DNA of 18,188 bases from a virus (lineage: Duplodnaviria; Heunggongvirae; Uroviricota; Caudoviricetes): the IMG/VR virus record IMGVR_UViG_2671181094_000006. One strand, given 5' to 3'. How positions within the stretch are numbered: position 1 is the first letter of the stretch; each line of letters opens with the position of its first letter. The notes under the pieces were generated by a model. It was given only the letters and a program-made list of their open reading frames with translations. It did no database searches and had not been told where the DNA came from. Shown here one piece after another: positions 15,511 through 18,188 of this stretch. A program made the position numbers and the translations under genes.

Positions 15511-15648
15511 TTCTATCGCTCCAAAAGTTGTTATTCAGAGCTGCCGCGACAGCGTTAGGTATGCTGCAATATTTCTAACGCAACACCACGCAACAAATTT
15601 TCTTTTCGCTGATCAGACGAAGTTGCGTGTGGTTGCATTGGCCTTGTG

Positions 15649-15933
15649 TTAGGCCGATTTACGGCTATATGGGTTATTGACGTTAGGTACAGCAGGGGGA
15701 TTACGAACCCACCAGAGCACATCGGACAAAAGCCAGGCGCAGCTATTGCGGCCAAAGTGGCAGCGCGGAGGAAAGCGGCCCTCTTGCTCCATCTTCCAAC
15801 GACTGGAGCGGGAAAGGCTTGTGATTTCGCCACATTCATCTTCACGAATCCGGCGATCAAACTTGAAGCCGTACTCCTCAAGAAGGTTACGGCGTTGTTC
15901 GGGGTTAGGTGGGGTAAAGATAATATTGTTCAT
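15649..15933 (-). CDS. alpA: AlpA-family phage transcriptional regulator (HTH)
   Basis: ...ITSLSRSSRWKMEQEGRFPPRCHFGRNSCAWLLSDVLWWVRN is typical of the AlpA HTH. Start taken at ATG 15933 with GGAGG 4 nt upstream; the ORF track extends to 15981. Confidence 0.75.
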   Translation of the reverse strand: MNNIIFTPPNPEQRRNLLEEYGFKFDRRIREDECGEITSLSRSSRWKMEQEGRFPPRCHFGRNSCAWLLSDVLWWVRNPPAVPNVNNPYSRKSA

Positions 15934-16029
15934 ACTGCCTCCACTGTTTCTAGGTTTGTGGAGGTTATTGTTATCAATCAAAAAGAACTTGTCTGAAATA
16001 TTCCGGAAAATTAACGGAATTTCCGCAGA

Positions 16030-16869
16030 TTACTCATCGACAGAGAAAGGGATATCAACATTATCAACCCATCCCTGAACAGCCCTTCCTGAGGGTGCCA
16101 CGATGTTAAGATTTTTAAAATCTTTGCTTATATCACTGTCATTTTTATCAAGAAATCGGCGCGGATTTTCTGCCACCTCGTTTCCATAATGAATGCGCAA
16201 AAGCGACTTTATAAACTGAGCACGTTTATTTATGGTTTTTGCTGAGTGAGCTTCATCGGGATTTTTTGACGGTTCTATCTTTTCTTTTTCACCATTAATA
16301 TAACTTGGAAATTCATCACCATCATTACATTTTTTAATTGAAACAAAATCAGATTTAGAAATATAGAGATCTTCAACCTCGAAATTAAGAAATTCATCCG
16401 TTTCAAAAGAAACAAACATCTTGCTTTCTGCCGAAAACCAAAAATCATCCAAGCTTGGTTGGAAACTGTAAAGTGCGGTCATTCCGTATGCATTTTGCGG
16501 TAAAGCCCATAATCCGCTAAATGAGCAGGGATAAAACCTTTCTTCGCGTGGGAGGTTATCTAAATCTATATCTTCATATCTCATTAATGAGACAACTCTG
16601 GAAAATTTATCGATGGTATATTTTTCTTTAAAAAGTTCATCTCTGAGACGTTGAGCAGATTCAAATTGTTCCTCTGTGAATCTCTTTAAATTCCTTTCTT
16701 CTTTTTCTACACCATCACCAATAAAACGGACATATCCGCGGCCTTCCTCAAAAGAAACATACAACTTGATTGCTCCAATCGAAGCCCAATGAAGCAAATC
16801 TTCAACTTTACATCCGAGCAACTCAGCAGCGCGAACTACTGAGTAATATTCCCGTAATGGCATTCCCAT
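16030..16869 (-). CDS. hypothetical protein (279 aa): N-terminal HTH-like segment fused to an acidic domain of unknown function; AT-rich orphan between int and alpA
   Basis: N-terminus YYSVVRAAELLGCKVEDLLHWASIGAIKLYV resembles MerR/excisionase-type HTH. GAGGGTG RBS 5 nt upstream of ATG 16869. The gene is visibly AT-rich compared with int and alpA. Palindromes TTCCGGAA and CGGAATTTCCG lie just downstream (15996-16028). Confidence 0.7.
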   Translation of the reverse strand: MGMPLREYYSVVRAAELLGCKVEDLLHWASIGAIKLYVSFEEGRGYVRFIGDGVEKEERNLKRFTEEQFESAQRLRDELFKEKYTIDKFSRVVSLMRYEDIDLDNLPREERFYPCSFSGLWALPQNAYGMTALYSFQPSLDDFWFSAESKMFVSFETDEFLNFEVEDLYISKSDFVSIKKCNDGDEFPSYINGEKEKIEPSKNPDEAHSAKTINKRAQFIKSLLRIHYGNEVAENPRRFLDKNDSDISKDFKNLNIVAPSGRAVQGWVDNVDIPFSVDE

Positions 16870-16961
16870 ATCGTCACCCTCAACGCCCCTAAATAACTTG
16901 CGGGCCAGGCGGGTAGGGTTTCCCGCTTTTCGGTTGGCCGACCTAGACCCGCAATATCAGT

Positions 16962-18188
16962 TTAATCTCTATTCGCTACAGGTAACAGAACCACATTTTT
17001 ATGATTACCCGCAAGAAGTTCTAAACGTTCATGCCATTTGTTCAGCGCATCCAGCTTCTCCGGCAAGTACAGGCTACGGTTATATATAGCCATGACGCCC
17101 GGTAGAGCATGACCCAGCAGCAACTCTACAATATGCGGTGCTATGCCCATATTGTTTAACCCCGTGGAGAACGTGCGCCGCAGATCGTGAAGTGTCCACG
17201 GCTCGTTATGATGGAAATCTTTAAAAAGCCGTCGCCCTTTCAAAGATACAGCTTGCCGGGTGCGCTCTTCTCCCAGCAGCAGGCCTGTTTTACCCGTCTC
17301 GCGTTTTAACTCTTCCAGCCACGGGCGTATAGCTTCAGGGATTGATCTCACGATTTTCTCGCGGGTTTTGCTGTGCTCTTTCGGGACTGTCCAAATCCAC
17401 GAGGTAAAATCCCACTCCGACCATCGAGAGAGGCGAACTTCCATCGTTCGAGCGCCAAACAGCACCAGCATTTTGAGAAGACGTGAATAATACGGCTGCT
17501 GATCATCGCTGTCTGTGCAGCGCCATACATCGGCCAGCTCGCTATCTGACAATACGCGGTCACGTTGACCGGATGGCTGGCCTACATCCTGAATGGTGAG
17601 AAAGGCTAGAGCATCACTGGCGGCATAGCGGCGAACCTTGCAGAAGCGTAACGCCTGTTTAGAAATCTGGAACATGCGGCCGGCGGTCATGGGTTTGGTC
17701 AGATTTATTTCATCAAAACAGGCCACCCAATGACGGGTTTCACATCTGGTGAGGGGATAACGACCAAGGCGCGGGTAAATATGCTTGCGTAGCTGTGCCC
17801 TTACCAGCTCCTCATCGCTGCGCTTTCTCCTGGCGTAGTTCACCAGCCAGTATTCGAGAGCATCCTGTACTGTCACAGGTTTAAGCGTTTCTTCGGTGCT
17901 CAGTTCAAGCTCTGTTTTTGGATCAAGACCACCAGCCAGCCACTGGCGACACTTTTCCCGCTTTTCTCTCGCCGCTTTTAGCGACAAATCCGGGTAACGG
18001 CCAAGCGTTAAACGTTCGAGTTTGCTACCCCTTCCGCCCAATCGGTAAGCGAACACCCAGCTAACGTTACCTTGCTTCGAAACCTTAATGCTCAGTCCTT
18101 CACCATCGGCAATCATGATCGGTGCTTCACGCTCAGAACCCTGCAGCGCTTTTAGCTTTTTGTCGCTCAGTTTGTTTGTACCAGCCAT
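16962..18188 (-). CDS. int: tyrosine recombinase, P4-type integrase (N-terminal arm-binding domain plus catalytic domain)
   Basis: 408 aa. N-terminal DGEGLSIKVSKQGNVSWVFAYR resembles the P4-family arm-binding motif. C-terminus has HDLRRTFST and LLGHA...AIYNRSLY (catalytic R, H-x-x-R, Y). The start codon sits exactly at the window edge, so the true N-terminus could lie beyond it. Confidence 0.9.
   Translation of the reverse strand: MAGTNKLSDKKLKALQGSEREAPIMIADGEGLSIKVSKQGNVSWVFAYRLGGRGSKLERLTLGRYPDLSLKAAREKREKCRQWLAGGLDPKTELELSTEETLKPVTVQDALEYWLVNYARRKRSDEELVRAQLRKHIYPRLGRYPLTRCETRHWVACFDEINLTKPMTAGRMFQISKQALRFCKVRRYAASDALAFLTIQDVGQPSGQRDRVLSDSELADVWRCTDSDDQQPYYSRLLKMLVLFGARTMEVRLSRWSEWDFTSWIWTVPKEHSKTREKIVRSIPEAIRPWLEELKRETGKTGLLLGEERTRQAVSLKGRRLFKDFHHNEPWTLHDLRRTFSTGLNNMGIAPHIVELLLGHALPGVMAIYNRSLYLPEKLDALNKWHERLELLAGNHKNVVLLPVANRD

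Larger units (their letters stand above)
538..18188. mobile_element. integrative phage-satellite-like genomic island (P4/PICI-type backbone: int, alpA, primase-helicase with iteron ori), with mosaic left-hand cargo; integrase-proximal boundary lies beyond the window
   Basis: P4-type integrase at the right edge, AlpA-family regulator, alpha-like primase with adjacent iterons, SSB, one-strand gene organisation, and AT-rich orphan genes at both ends. Attachment sites cannot be defined from this window alone. Confidence 0.7.

Noticed and set aside
16903-16930. Plus-strand hairpin GCGGG-N8-CCCGC followed by TTTT between int and the 279-aa gene
   Set aside because: No plus-strand gene for it to terminate; the stem is short. 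It may be a binding site or mRNA structure but there is too little evidence to call a feature.

Overview
This window reads as a chromosomal hpt gene (1-537, minus strand) followed by about 17.6 kb of horizontally acquired DNA, organised like an integrative phage satellite (P4-like or PICI-like). Almost all genes are on the minus strand, running from a P4-type tyrosine integrase at the right edge, through an AlpA-family regulator, a Bro-N antirepressor-like gene, a translationally coupled operon of six small genes, a 925-aa zinc-ribbon/TOPRIM/P-loop primase-helicase, an iteron-type origin, SSB and a PerC-like regulator. The left 6 kb is mosaic: a lambda-Nu1-like HTH gene beside a TGTCAA repeat array, a tail-fibre-tip-like gene coupled to a tail fibre assembly chaperone, a tandem paralog pair, and two diverged copies of a small regulator-like module. 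No tRNA, rRNA, CRISPR array or transposase was found, and I did not recognise P4 psu, delta or sid. The best candidates for an undescribed system are: (1) the AT-rich HTH-fused orphan gene between int and alpA (16030-16869); (2) the AT-rich orphan gene at the integrase-distal end next to hpt (755-1294); (3) the tail-fibre-tip/Tfa/paralog cluster (3138-5290). Functional calls rest on motif recognition by eye; no database search was run, and all G+C statements are visual estimates.
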